The notes under the pieces are model-generated. The model saw only the letters and a list, made by a program, of their open reading frames with translations. It was not told where the DNA came from and ran no database searches. From the NCBI RefSeq assembly GCF_009914755.1, contig NC_060935.1: a DNA stretch of 64,000 bases; one strand, written 5' to 3'. Source of the DNA: the human T2T-CHM13v2.0 reference genome, Homo sapiens. Below, in pieces: positions 1 to 12,489 of this stretch (position 1 is its first letter; the number at the start of each line of letters is the position of its first letter). A program made the position numbers and the translations under genes.

Positions 1-2283
1 TCACAGGGAGGGAGTTGTTTGCGCTGTCTTCTTCTCCCAGCGAAATGGTCAGCATTTTCAGAGTTCTTTTCTGTGTCTTCTCTAATGCTTAATGGTGGGA
101 AACACTTAGGAAATACCTAGAGAATGGAGTTGAATTTTTTGACTAGAGATTATGAATCCAAAGGGATGTGATCTCTAGTGGATGGAAATAGGATGTGATC
201 TTGGCATCAGTTGAATAAATGTTAGCATTGGAAATTGGAGACCCAGTGATTCAGCATTCAAGGCTCTTAATTGCAAACTAAAGACAAATGCTGGGTTTCT
301 AATTTTGCAAATAAACATATTGAAATGATATGAGTGCTTCACAATACAATGGGAAGGATGGAAAAAGACATCCGGAAATGGACAGAATCAAGAGAGACTG
401 CCCAGCCAGGGACTCAGGCAAAATTAATATATCCCTTCTTCCAATGCTTAGAGGTGACTCACAATATAGTACAATTATTTCTCACCCAAACTAAGAAAGT
501 TGATCCCTTCTTCAATAGGAAAAAACTCAACCTATGGATTAAGTGTATCAATGAATAATATTTAAAATAATGGTGTAATAGAGATGGAAAAAGGCAAGTT
601 ATTCTATTTATGCACTAACATACAAAAATCAGTAGCACTTATATATGCTAGTAGTGAATTATCTGTAAAAGAAATAAGGCAAACAATTACATTTACAATA
701 GCTACAAATGAAAAATAACTAGGAATAAACTTAACCAAGGAGGTGAAAGATTTCTACCCTGAAAACTATATAACTTTGATGAAAGAAACTGAGGAAGACA
801 CAAATAAATGGGATGATATCTTGTGTTCAAGGATTAGAAGAATGGATATTGTTAAAATAACCATACTATCCAAAGAGATCTACAGGTTTATTACGATCCT
901 TATAAAAATTTCAATGACATTCTTCACAGAAGTAGAAAAAAATCCTAAAATTCATATGGAACCATAAAAAACCCCAAATTGACAAAGCAGTCCTGAACAA
1001 AACGAATAAAGCTGAAGGCACCACACTACCTGACTTCAAAATATGCTATAAAGCTGTAGCAACCAAAACAGCGTGGGATAAAACAGATACAGAGATCAGT
1101 GAAATAAAATATAAAGTGTGGAAATAAATTCAAGCACCTAAAGTCAATGGATTTTCAATAAAGATGCCAAGAACAACACATTGGGGCAAAGACAATAAAT
1201 GGTGTTGGTAAAACTGGATATTCACATGGAGAAGAATGACATTAGACTCCTGTCTCTCACCATACACAAACATAAACTTAAAATAGAAGGAAGACATAAG
1301 TGTAAAACCATCATCTATGAAACTAACAGAAGAAAACATAGAGAAACACTTTGTAACATTGGGCTGGGCAAAAATTTTTAAAATAAGACCTCAAAATCTC
1401 AGGCATTAAAAACAAAAATAGAGAAATGGAGTTAAACTAAAAAAAATTTGCACAGCAAAGAAACTATTAACAAACTGAAGAGATAACCTACAAAATTTCA
1501 AAAAGTATTTGCAAACTATGCATCTGACAAGGGGTTATAATATAGACTATATAAGGAACTTAACAGCAAAAAACTAATTAAAAATGGGCAGATCTTAATA
1601 CACGTTTCTCAAAAGAAAACATGGCCAAACGGATGTATAAAAAATGCTTAACATCATTAATCATCAGATAATTCCAAATCAAAATTATCTTGGGATATCT
1701 CCTTACTCTTATTAGAATGGCTATGTGTCAGAAGACAGAAGTAAACAAATGTTAGCGAGGATGTGGAGGAAAGGGTACACATACGCTTACACACTGTTGG
1801 TGGAATTGTAAAGTAGTACAGCCACTATGAAAAACAGAATGGGGTTTCCTCAAGAAATTAAAAATAGAACTACCATATGATCCAGCAATCCCACTACTAG
1901 GTATATATCCAAAGGAAATGAAATCTGTATGTTTAAAAAGGTCTGCATTCCCATGTTTATTGCCACACTATATACAATAGGCAAGATATAGAATCAACCT
2001 AAGTATTTAATAATGCATAAATGGGTAAAGAAAATGTGGTATATATACACAGTGGAATACCATTCAGCCATAAGAAAGAATGAAATTCCGTCATTTGTGA
2101 CAACATGGATGAACCTGGAGAACATCATGTTAAGTGAAATAGGCCAGACATAGAAAGATATATAGCACATGATCTCACTTATATGTGAAATTCAAAAAAA
2201 ATTGGCATTATAAAAGCAGAGAGTAGAACAGTTGTTACCAGAGACTGGAGAGGAAATGGGGGAGGGAAGGATAGGGAGAAGTT
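1..2283 (+). repeat. Left arm of large inverted duplication (continues beyond window start)
   Basis: Reverse complement of 3489-5796. Positions 1-169 are identical to rc(5628-5796); the remainder is roughly 85-92% identical by eye, including unique non-repeat sequence (170-600). Confidence 0.95.
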
Positions 2284-2570
2284 GGTCAATGGTTACAAAG
2301 TTACAATGAGATAGGAGGAATACATTCTAGTGTTCTATTGCACAGTAGGGTGACTCTAGTTAATAGTAAAATATTGTATATTACAAAATGGCTAGAAGAA
2401 ATGCTTTTGAATGTTCTCATAACAAAGAAATGATAATTGCATGAAGTGATAGATATACTAACTACACTGATTGGATCATTATACAACATAGCTATGTATC
2501 AAAACATCATTGTACCCCATAAATATGGACAAATGCAATGTGCCAATTAAAAAATAAATAAAAAAATTTA
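612..2570 (+). mobile_element. 5'-truncated L1MA-type LINE-1 (ORF2 3' part, 3'UTR, A-tail)
   Basis: ORF2-like remnants (e.g. ORF 743-967 MKDFYPENY...), L1MA-type 3'UTR, A-rich tail at about 2548-2570. Confidence 0.9.
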
Positions 2571-2769
2571 AAAATAATGTGGTAATAGAGAAGAAAGAGA
2601 AGGCAAGTTATTATTTTTACCTATTAATTATCTATCTATATCTGTCACCTATTTATTTATATATCAATCTAGTCACAGCTAGAAAGGAAATATGGGTGGA
2701 ATTGGAATCCTCATTTCTGCAACTTGTTCATGAGGAATATTTATGATTTCCTTAGTCTATTACTGTTGT

Positions 2770-3400
2770 AGTCTATTACTGTAGGTTCTTCTAGAAAGCA
2801 GAGCCTGAGCTGAGAATTTAAGTTTTGATATTCTGTTTGGAAGGTAAAACCCCAGGAAGATTTAGAGGGGGAGTTGAGGGACTTGAATCCAGAATAAGTG
2901 CAAAGGAATGCAATGAAATGCATTTCTGTGTCATTGTTCACAACGAAAGAGTCAGGGAACATTACTTATTAGATATGTTCACTCAGCATGTGGGATTCAT
3001 ATGGAAGGAGAAAGTATACCTGGGAGCAGTCCATGGAGGGGAGAAAGGAAGGTATATTGATTTTCTCTGTTTCTTCTCATCTAATTTCCCATCGACTTTC
3101 CTGAACTCCCAGATTGCATTATCTGGCCCATTGATGGCCACATAGGAAGGCAGAAACCATGTTCCTCAATATGGTTATTACTGTTGGTCCAGGAGAGGAG
3201 GAAAATTTTGTGTAGAAAGGGTTGGCACATAGGCTCAATGTCAGCGAGCTTGGAAAGAAGTAGCAGAGTTTGGGAGGTGCTTGGTGTCACTAGAAGAAGA
3301 GACAGTATAGGGTTTGTATTGAGTACAGTCCATTTCTTGTGTCACTCAGATCTACTCCTGCTCTCCCATTATTCCTAGATTCTGTGGTACAAGATGGTGA
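2770..3400. mobile_element. Degenerate MaLR (MLT1-like) LTR fragment
   Basis: 'ttctctagaaagcagagcctgagctgagaattt...' resembles old MLT1 LTR ends; strongly diverged. Confidence 0.35.
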
Positions 3401-3413
3401 CTGCTTTCCATGG

Positions 3414-3488
3414 TGATATGGTTTGGCTTTGTCACCACCCAACTCTCATCTTGAATTGTAACTTCCATAATTCTCACGGGTCGTGGGA
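3414..3488 (+). mobile_element. THE1/MST LTR 5' fragment, truncated
   Basis: tgatatggtttggctttgtcaccacccaactctcatcttgaattgtaacttccataattctcac matches the THE1-type LTR start; it stops abruptly at the start of the inverted arm. Confidence 0.8.
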
Positions 3489-5796
3489 AACTTCTCCCCA
3501 TCCTTCCCTCCCCCATTTCCTCTCCAGTCTCTGGTAACCACTCTTCTACTCTCTGCTTCTATAATGCCAACTTTTTTTTAAAATTCCACATATAAGTGAG
3601 ATCATGGGCTATATATCTTTCTGTGTCAGGCTTTTTTTACTTAACATAATGTTCCTCAGGTTCATCCATGGTGTCACAAAAGACAGAATTTTATTCTTTC
3701 TTATGGCTGAATGGTATTCTACTGTGTATATATACCACATCTTTATCTGTTTATGCATTATTAAATACTTAAGTTGACTCCATATCTTGCCTATTGTATA
3801 TAGTGCGGCAATAAACATGGGAATGCAGAAATTTCTTTAATGTACAGATTTCATTTCCTTTGGATATATACCTAGTAGTGGGATTGCTGGATCATATGGT
3901 AGTTCTATTTTTAATTTCTTGAGGAAACCCCATTCTGTTTTTCATAGTGGCTGTACTATTTTACAATTCCACCAACAGTGTGTAAGCGTATGTATTCCCT
4001 TTCCTCCACATCCTTGCTAACACTTGTTTTCTCTTGTCTTCTGAGAAATAGCCATCCTAATAAGCGTGAGGAGATATCCCAAGATAATTTTGATTTGGAA
4101 TCCTCCAATGATTAATGATGTTGAGCATTTTTTATATATCTGTTAGCCATGTCATCTTTTGAGAAATGTGTATTAAGATCTGCCCATTTTCAATTGGATA
4201 TTTTTTTGCTGTTAAGTTCCTTATATAGTCTGTATTTTAACCCCTTGAGAGATGCATAGTTTGCAAATATTTTTTGAAATTTTGTAGATTATCTCTTCAA
4301 TCTGTTAATAGTTTTCCTTGCTGTGCAAAATCTTTTTACTTTGATTTAACCTCATTTGTCTATTTCTGCTTGTAATGCCTGAGCTTTTGAGGTCTAATTT
4401 TAAAAATTTTTGCCCAGCCTAATGTTATGAAGTGTTTCTCTTTCTTCTGTTAGTTTCATAGATTATGGTTTTACATTTATGTCTTCCATCTATTTTAGGT
4501 TTATGTTTGTGTATGGTGAGAGATAGGAGTCTAGTGTCATTTTTCTGCATGTGAATATCTTGTTTTACCAACACAAGTTATTGTCTTCACCCCAGTGTGT
4601 TGTTCTTGGTGTCTTTATTGAAAATCCATTGGCTTTAGGTGGTTGAATTTATTTCTATGCTTTCTATTTTGTTTCACTGCTCTATGTGTCTGTTTTTATG
4701 CCAGCCCCATGCTGTTTTGGTTACTATAGCTTTATAGTATATTTTGACGTCAGGTAGTGTGATGCCTTCAGCTTTTTTTCTTTTTGTTCAGGACTGCTTT
4801 CTCAATTGGGGGTCTTTTATGGTTCCGTATGAATTTTAGGATTTTTTTCTATTTCTGTGAAGAATGTCATTGGAATTTTTATAAGGATAGTAATAAAAAT
4901 CTGTAGATCTCTTTGGGTAGTATTGTTATTTTAACAATATCAATTCTTCTAATCCTTGAACACAAGATATCATTCCATATATTTGTGTCTTCTTCAGTTT
5001 ATTTCATCAAAGTTGTACAGTCTTTTGGAGGAGAAATCTTTCCCTTCCTTGGTTAAGTTTATTCCTAGTTACTTTTTATTTGTAGCTATTGTATATGTAA
5101 TTGTTTGCCTTATTTCTTTTACAGATAATTCACTACTAGCATATATAAATGTTACTTATTTTTGTATGTTAGTGCATAAATAAATAGAATAACTTGCCTT
5201 CTTCCTTCTCTATTACCCCATTATTTTAAATATTATTCATTGATACACTTAATCCATAGGTTGAGTTTTTTCCTATTGAAGAGGGAATCAACATTCTTAG
5301 CTTGAGTGAGAAATCAGTGTACTATATTGTGAGGCACCTCTAAGCATTGGAAGAAGGGATATATTAATTTTGCCTGAGTCCCTGACAGGGCAGTCTGTCT
5401 TGCTTCTGTCCATTTCTGGATGTCTTTTTCCATCCTTCCCATTGTATTGTGAAGCACTCAATATCATTTCAATATGTTTATTTGCAAAATTAGAAACCCA
5501 GCATTTGTCTTTAGTTTGCAATTAAGAGCTCTGAATGCTGAGTCATTGGGCCTCCAACTTTTTTTCCAACACTAACATTCATTTAACCGATGCCAAGGCC
5601 ATACCCTATCTCCTTCCACTAGATATGACATCCCTTTGGATTCATAATCTCTAGTCAAAAAATTCAACTCCATTCTCTAGGTATTTCCTAAGTGTTTCCC
5701 ACCATTAAGCATTAGAGAAGACACAGAAAAGAACTCTGAAAATGCTGACCATTTCGCTGGGAGAAGAAGACAGCGCAAACAACTCCCTCCCTGTGA
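3489..5796 (-). repeat. Right arm of large inverted duplication (includes inverted copy of the L1MA, about 3489-5180)
   Basis: Reverse complement of 1-2283; the L1 copy lacks the 3'-most ~290 bp present in the left arm. Confidence 0.95.
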
Positions 5797-5899
5797 AGAG
5801 CAATAATCAACTAAGTTACAGATAGGAAATCACAAGCGGGAAGAGCATGTGAAGACAAAACAAGGGAAAAAAAGCAGAGCTGTCTGTCTGTTCCCCATT

Positions 5900-6259
5900 T
5901 ACCTCATCAAGACTTGGATGTAAAAATTACTGTGTCTTGAGGAAAACACTTGAGGGGTATTATCCCAAAGGGATGAGAAGGACCTGAATGTCCCAGGTGA
6001 GCCCAGCACCGTGATTTTATTAAGATCTTGGAAGGAAGCTTGGAGGAAGAGTTTAATCTGAAAAATACCTAAGAGCTGCTGAGTCTCCACCTGCAACTCT
6101 GCTAAGGATAAGGAAAGCCACTGGGTCTAGAAACCAGTAACTTTCTGAGATTTTTACCATCATTCAGAGGTGAATCTCTTCAGAATCCAGCATTGGTCTT
6201 GACCAGCTAGACAGTCACCTTAAGAATTCAGAACAATTTGTGCAGGACTACTGGTAAGT
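5900..6259 (+). promoter_or_regulatory. Candidate OR1S1 promoter and non-coding 5' exon ending in a splice donor
   Basis: Unique sequence about 2 kb upstream of the CDS; O/E(EBF)-like tcccaaaggga (~5963) and tcccaggtga (~5991); strong donor CTG|GTAAGT at 6251-6259. OR genes typically have 5' non-coding exons. Confidence 0.45.
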
Positions 6260-8160
6260 GGAAAGGTAGAACGGAAAGCAGAGATCAGAGATTGTCACTC
6301 AGAAACATACAGTTCCCTCTCTAGTCAAGCCCAAACCAGCCCAGGCCTTGGTAACCACAGGCCGGTCTGTATCTTCAATATAGATGCCTGCCAGTTATTT
6401 AGCTCATTTCAGTTTTGTTGTGGATTCTCCCTTCTGCATGTGTTTTCTCTTGTCTCTGATTTGTAAGCCAAGCATTTCAGGAGGAAAGAGACTTCAGATC
6501 TCTGCTTCAATCTCTAATGCCTTTCAGTTTTCAGGAATTTCAGAGACGAAGATTGTCTCTTTTCTGGCCTCTGAATGGAAAGAAAATCTTTGAGAGATAA
6601 GTGATGTTGGAGATAGGTAGAAGAGAGGGATAAAGTGAGAGGGAGACAAATGTCTCTTTGTTCCCAAGCTGAAATTATTTCCAATAAATCACAAGGAAAA
6701 TCATACTAGGTCCAGTCTCTCTTCCCTTCTCCTGGATGACACCTTGTGAGAGCCGTTTACCTTTCTGGCCACTTAAGGTTTTAAAAATGTTTAACTGATA
6801 CTGAAGACCCATTTCCAGGTATTAAAAAACCAAGTCCAGCCCAATTTTAAACTTCAGCTTCACTATCAATTCAAAGCATGGGTCCTCCCTTGTGAGCTCA
6901 GATCTGATGTGTAGCTTGGGTCATACAGTGGAAAGGTGGGAGCATATGTTCTTCCCTTGCTCTTTGGCCTCTCTTCCCACAAACCCGTTGTTGTTACTAT
7001 TGTTGTTGTTGTTTTAGTCATTTTGGTCTTTCCTTCTTTTTCAGTTTTATCAGGTCAAGGAGGAAGAACAGGAGTGGGAAAAAAGGCAAAAGTGTTCATA
7101 TCTGTTGCCATAGATACTAGCAGCTTGTGCCTTATATGTGGCAGGCCTGGTGTCTCTTGAGACCATTTTGGGGTTCGTCAGGGGCTCCCGTTTGGGACTG
7201 CCTCATTATGCGGTTCCCTGACAAGGGCAATGAATTATGTCCCTGATCTCTTTAAGATCTCTCTTTCATAAGAGACCCACCTCATGGTTTCTTATTGCTA
7301 CAGCCTCCTCTGCCCTGATAGGCTGTTTCTGGATTGGAATCTCAACAAGGTGACTTGACTCCAATGACCTCCTATAGCATCACGTGTCCTATGGGAAATT
7401 CACATATTTATGCCATGTCATGGGTGAAAATGCAGATTGCCCTACTAACCACCATCTTTTCCCTCTATCCCCACCATCTTTTCTCTTTACCCCTGCCATC
7501 GTAGCCTGATCCAGTGAGCCCCTTTAAAAGCAAGAGGCAAACAGAAGTCTTTAAGTGTATGTGTGCCCCCTAAATTTTCTTGAGGCTAATATGTAGCCAC
7601 AGATGAAGTAAAACCCTGGTTGCTCCTTCTTGTACTCATTCTCCAAAAGCACTTGTTTTGGAGTTCTCCCCCGGCGTTAGTGGGATGAAGCACCAACACA
7701 ATGGTGTACACTGCCATAGTGATTCCTAACCCTCAGTTGTGTTTACTTCCCCAAACTCTTCACTTTCACGAGACTTGAAATTTCTGTTTTCTTAGATTTA
7801 AAGGATAAAGGTGGTTTGGCAACCAGTTTGGTCATTTTTAAGTTAATTCTGCAGGTGTATATAACATGTTTAGAATATAGGGTATGCCTCATCTATGACC
7901 CTCAGTTTGCGGGATTTAAACTACATTTAGAACCAACTGGAAAAATCACATTCAGAATCCTGTTAGAGTTTAAAACAGTTTTTTTGAGAAGTTTCGGCCA
8001 TGTCCTGTCTTTTTCTAAGGCATTTTCCAAATCTCTGCACTGCTGAAATACTTCCTTATTAAGTAGCACTTCCACTTAATAAGCAGAAGAAACTTTATTC
8101 AAGTGACTTACTGCAATGGCTGCAGCCAAATGATACCATGTTAGGTTTTCTTGTAGGAAT

Positions 8161-9138
8161 ATGAAGACTTTTGGTTCCTTTCTTCAGATCGGCAGAAATA
8201 TGCATCAAGGAAACCAAACCACCATCACTGAATTCATTCTCCTGGGATTTTTCAAGCAGGATGAGCATCAAAACCTCCTCTTTGTGCTTTTCTTGGGTAT
8301 GTACCTGGTCACTGTGATTGGGAACGGGCTCATCATTGTGGCTATCAGCTTGGATACGTACCTTCATACCCCCATGTATCTCTTCCTTGCCAATCTATCC
8401 TTTGCTGATATTTCCTCCATTTCCAACTCAGTCCCCAAAATGCTGGTGAATATTCAAACCAAGAGTCAATCCATCTCTTATGAGAGCTGCATCACACAGA
8501 TGTACTTTTCTATTGTGTTTGTCGTCATTGACAATTTGCTCTTGGGGACCATGGCCTATGACCACTTTGTGGCGATCTGCCACCCTCTGAATTATACAAT
8601 TCTCATGCGGCCCAGGTTCGGCATTTTGCTCACAGTCATCTCATGGTTCCTCAGTAATATTATTGCTCTGACACACACCCTTCTGCTCATTCAATTGCTC
8701 TTCTGTAACCACAACACTCTCCCACACTTCTTCTGTGACTTGGCCCCTCTGCTCAAACTGTCCTGTTCAGATACATTGATCAATGAGCTTGTGTTGTTTA
8801 TTGTGGGTTTATCAGTTATCATCTTCCCCTTTACACTCAGCTTCTTTTCCTATGTCTGCATCATCAGAGCTGTCCTGAGAGTATCTTCCACACAGGGAAA
8901 GTGGAAAGCCTTCTCCACTTGTGGCTCTCACCTGACAGTTGTATTACTGTTCTACGGAACCATTGTAGGCGTGTACTTTTTCCCCTCCTCCACTCACCCT
9001 GAGGACACTGATAAGATTGGTGCTGTCCTATTCACTGTGGTGACACCCATGATAAACCCCTTCATCTACAGCTTGAGGAATAAGGATATGAAAGGTGCCC
9101 TGAGAGAGCTCATCAATAGAAAAATTTCTTCCCTTTGA
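8161..9138 (+). CDS. OR1S1: Olfactory receptor family 1 subfamily S member 1 (325 aa; 312 aa from Met14 at 8200)
   Basis: Intact 7TM OR with GN, LHTPMYLFL, MAYDHFVAIC, KAFSTCGSH and PMINPFIYSLRNKD motifs; sequence recognised as OR1S1 rather than the paralogue OR1S2. Confidence 0.93.
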   Translation: MKTFGSFLQIGRNMHQGNQTTITEFILLGFFKQDEHQNLLFVLFLGMYLVTVIGNGLIIVAISLDTYLHTPMYLFLANLSFADISSISNSVPKMLVNIQTKSQSISYESCITQMYFSIVFVVIDNLLLGTMAYDHFVAICHPLNYTILMRPRFGILLTVISWFLSNIIALTHTLLLIQLLFCNHNTLPHFFCDLAPLLKLSCSDTLINELVLFIVGLSVIIFPFTLSFFSYVCIIRAVLRVSSTQGKWKAFSTCGSHLTVVLLFYGTIVGVYFFPSSTHPEDTDKIGAVLFTVVTPMINPFIYSLRNKDMKGALRELINRKISSL

Positions 9139-9354
9139 TGCCCTGGACCTCTACATTCTTTTAGTCCACATAATCAGATAAATGATTCAGCCCAGAGCGT
9201 ATGGCACAGTTGTGATGGTTCAACTTTTGATGAACTTGCAGGTATCTGTCTCCTATTCCAACCTCTGAAGGGGTTGGAGCTTTTCCACTTAGCTCTTGTC
9301 TTGGAAACAAAACCTGTAACTGCCATGGTAAGTCACAAGAATAACACGCATCCT

Positions 9355-9730
9355 TAGAGAGTAGATTGGTGGTTACCAGGGCCCAGGGGTGGGAAGATGG
9401 AATGGAGGTGATGAGTTGTTGATTAATGGGTACAACAATACAGTTAGATAGAAGAAATAAGACCTATTGTTTGATAAATCATTAGGGGGACTATAGTAAA
9501 CCATAATCTATTGTATATTTCAAAATAGCTAAAGGAGAATAATTCTACTGTTCCCAGCATAAAGAAAAGATAAATGTTTGAGGTGATGGATATCCCTATG
9601 CCCTAATTTGCTTATTATACATTATATGAGTTTATCAAAATATCACATTACCCAAAAATATGGGGGACAATGTGTCAATAAAAATACATGTATCAATAAA
9701 TAAAAAATTTATGCCTAAAAAATAAAAATT
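9355..9730 (+). mobile_element. L1MA 3' end fragment
   Basis: gagagtagattggtggttaccagg...gggtacaa...agttagatagaag...aatctattgtatatttcaaaatagc, followed by an A-rich tail. Confidence 0.8.
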
Positions 9731-9779
9731 ACTTTAAAAAACCCACATCTCACATCTTAATTACAATCTATATTACTAT

Positions 9780-10860
9780 AGACTTTGGTATGAATTATTT
9801 TTCAAGTTGTAATGTTTATAATTGTAATGTCTCTTCATTTATTTGTTCAAGTCTTCTTATATGTTTTTAATGACATTTTATAGTTTTCTTTCTATTTTAA
9901 ACATATAGATTATTAAGTTGTTCTTGAGTGTCTCATGATGTTTTTTGCTAAAGTAAATTTGTTTACAGATATGTAGGAAAAAGGGTAGAATTTATTTGTT
10001 ATTATCATATTTCTCTACTAAACTCTTTTGTTAGTATAATAGTTCAAACTTGATTTTCTTTTGCCAGGAGAAAAATAGTAACATCAGCAAAATGATAATT
10101 TCAACCTTCATTTTTTAATATTTTGATTCCTTGTTTGTTTTTTCTGGTTTTATTTCATTGACTAGTATCTCCAGCAAAATTCTGTTTTAATGAGGGCTAA
10201 TAAGCATACCAGTCAGACTTTAAGCTTTATTTTTTAAAAATATTTAATGTTATTTAAAGTATATATTGAATTTCACTAAATGCCTTTATAGTATCTATTG
10301 AGATTATTAGATTTTTAAAAAAGTGATTAATATGTAGTTACTCACATTAATTGACTTTCTAATATTACAGCAGCCTATGCTTTTAACATCTAATTTGGCT
10401 ATAATGTATTATTCATTTGCTGCACTGTCAAATTTAGCTAGGTAATATTTATGTAATATTTTTACATCTATGGTGAGTCAGATTGGCTAATAGTTGTCCT
10501 TTTGGTAATAATATTCTTGCTAAGTTGTTACTATGGATATGATATAATTAATCATAATGAACTTGTTGGTTTACTGAAACTTTTGTAAACATGAAATAGT
10601 CTTTTTGATCCTATTTAATATTGCTATTATGAATTCCACTATGTCTGATACTAGTATTGTCAGATTTACTTTTTTGAAAAAGTTAGTACTTGCTTGGCTC
10701 TATCTCTGTCGATCCATTTACTTTAAGTACCTTAAGTGTGTCTCATGTTATGAACATGTATCTGGATTTTAACACATAATCTGAGCATTTCAGTCTTTTA
10801 ACAAATAAATCTAAGCAATTCACATATATAGGGTTACTGATCCATTGGATTTATGTTTTC
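9780..10860 (-). mobile_element. Ancient degenerate L1M fragments
   Basis: T-rich sequence with scattered L1 ORF2 antisense phrases. Confidence 0.45.
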
Positions 10861-10876
10861 CATTTACTACATTTTA

Positions 10877-11196
10877 TTTATTATTATTATTAATTAATTA
10901 AATTATTTTTTGAGACAAAGTCTTGCTCTGTGGCCCAGGCTGGAGCAGAGTGGCATGATCTTGGCTAACTGCAACGTCCACTTCCCTGGTTCAAGCAATT
11001 CCCCTGCCTCAGCATCCTGAGTAGTTGGGATTATAGGCACATGCCACCATGCCCTGCTAAATTTTTTTGTATTTTTAGTAGAAACGGGGTTTCACCATGT
11101 TGGCCAGACTGGTCTTGAACTCCTGACCTCAGCCAATCCGTTCGTTTCAGCCTCCCAAAATGCTGGGATTACAGTCGTGAGCCACCGTGCTCAGCC
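10877..11196 (-). mobile_element. AluS element
   Basis: Full-length antisense Alu with 16-bp TSD catttactacatttta (10861-10876 and 11197-11212). Confidence 0.95.
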
Positions 11197-12489
11197 CATT
11201 TACTACATTTTAAAAACTATTTCATATTTCTTCTCTTGGCTATCACTAGATTGATGGAGTTTAATTTTCTTTTACCTCTTCTATCAGCTTGAAATATATT
11301 GATGTGATACATATTCTATTAGTGTTAAAGAAACATATTTTAAAGAACCATACATAAACCAATAACAATTAAATTCATGAATTATATTTCATTGTTTCAA
11401 ACAGAATGAAATTTCAGAATACCATCTTTCTTCTCTTATTCTCTCTCTTCTATGTATGATTCAAATCATCTGGAATTTTAGTTCCAAATTATAATATTTT
11501 TGAATGTTATGGTTTGCATTTTAGAAATATTACCTTATCAATTTTATTAAGCTACACAAACACATTGTAGTATTTATTCAGAAGAAATTCAAGGTTTTTT
11601 TTGTTTACTATCCTTTCTTATGTTTTACATCTACTCTGACCAGACAAAAGAGAAAGACTTTGAAAAATCTCCTGAGCCTCGGACTGCATTTGATCTCTTC
11701 AGTGTTTATTAATGGAACATTTCTTAGGGTTCACTCTGTACCCTGTTCTGGCCTACATATTATAGGGAGTCATGATGACTAACATCCTGGTTCTATCCTT
11801 TAGAAGTTCACAGTTGATGTGCAGATATAATATGTGAACAGAAAGCAAGAGCTTGTAGGTACCGATATCAGGTGGAGACCAGTATAATGGGTGCCATCAG
11901 ATATCAAGCATGGTAGGAAAAGTGCTACAGAAATTCGGAGAAGAGAGATATCTGTGGACTTGAGTAATAGTAAATATTTCATTGAGAAAGTGAACTAGAG
12001 CTATGCATTTGAAATGGGCAGGGTTTATACAGATGGGGAGACACAGAGAGGGATTTTGAAGTGGATGGATGTTATGGGTGGCGGGACCATGTATGATGTG
12101 TTCTGGGTTCAGTAAACAGTCTAACATTGCTGAGGCTGAAGTTTATATAAATGAGTAAGAAACAAAGTTTTAAGGTAACTTGGGGCATGATCATGGCAAG
12201 TTTTTAATATCAGGATAAGGTGTTTGAATTTTCATTTGCCAATTCCTAACCAGATGCTTTCTAGTCACTCACAAAGTACACAATGTAGAGTGATTCCATG
12301 AACAGAGTCATAGAATCTAGAGCTGGAGGGCACCACAAAGTTCAACTAGAGTACTACTTATGGTAAAAATGAGTAAATTGATCCCCAGAGTGATGGGTGA
12401 CTTGTTAATACCAGGTGATGAGCTTTGGCAGAACCAAAATGAAAACTCACTGGAAGATTTCCTAGTGCAGTGTTCCCTGGAGGCAGGTA

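Noticed and set aside
334-558. Similar 74-aa ORFs at 334-558 (+) and 5297-5521 (-)
   Set aside because: By-products of the inverted duplication; frames are not conserved between arms.
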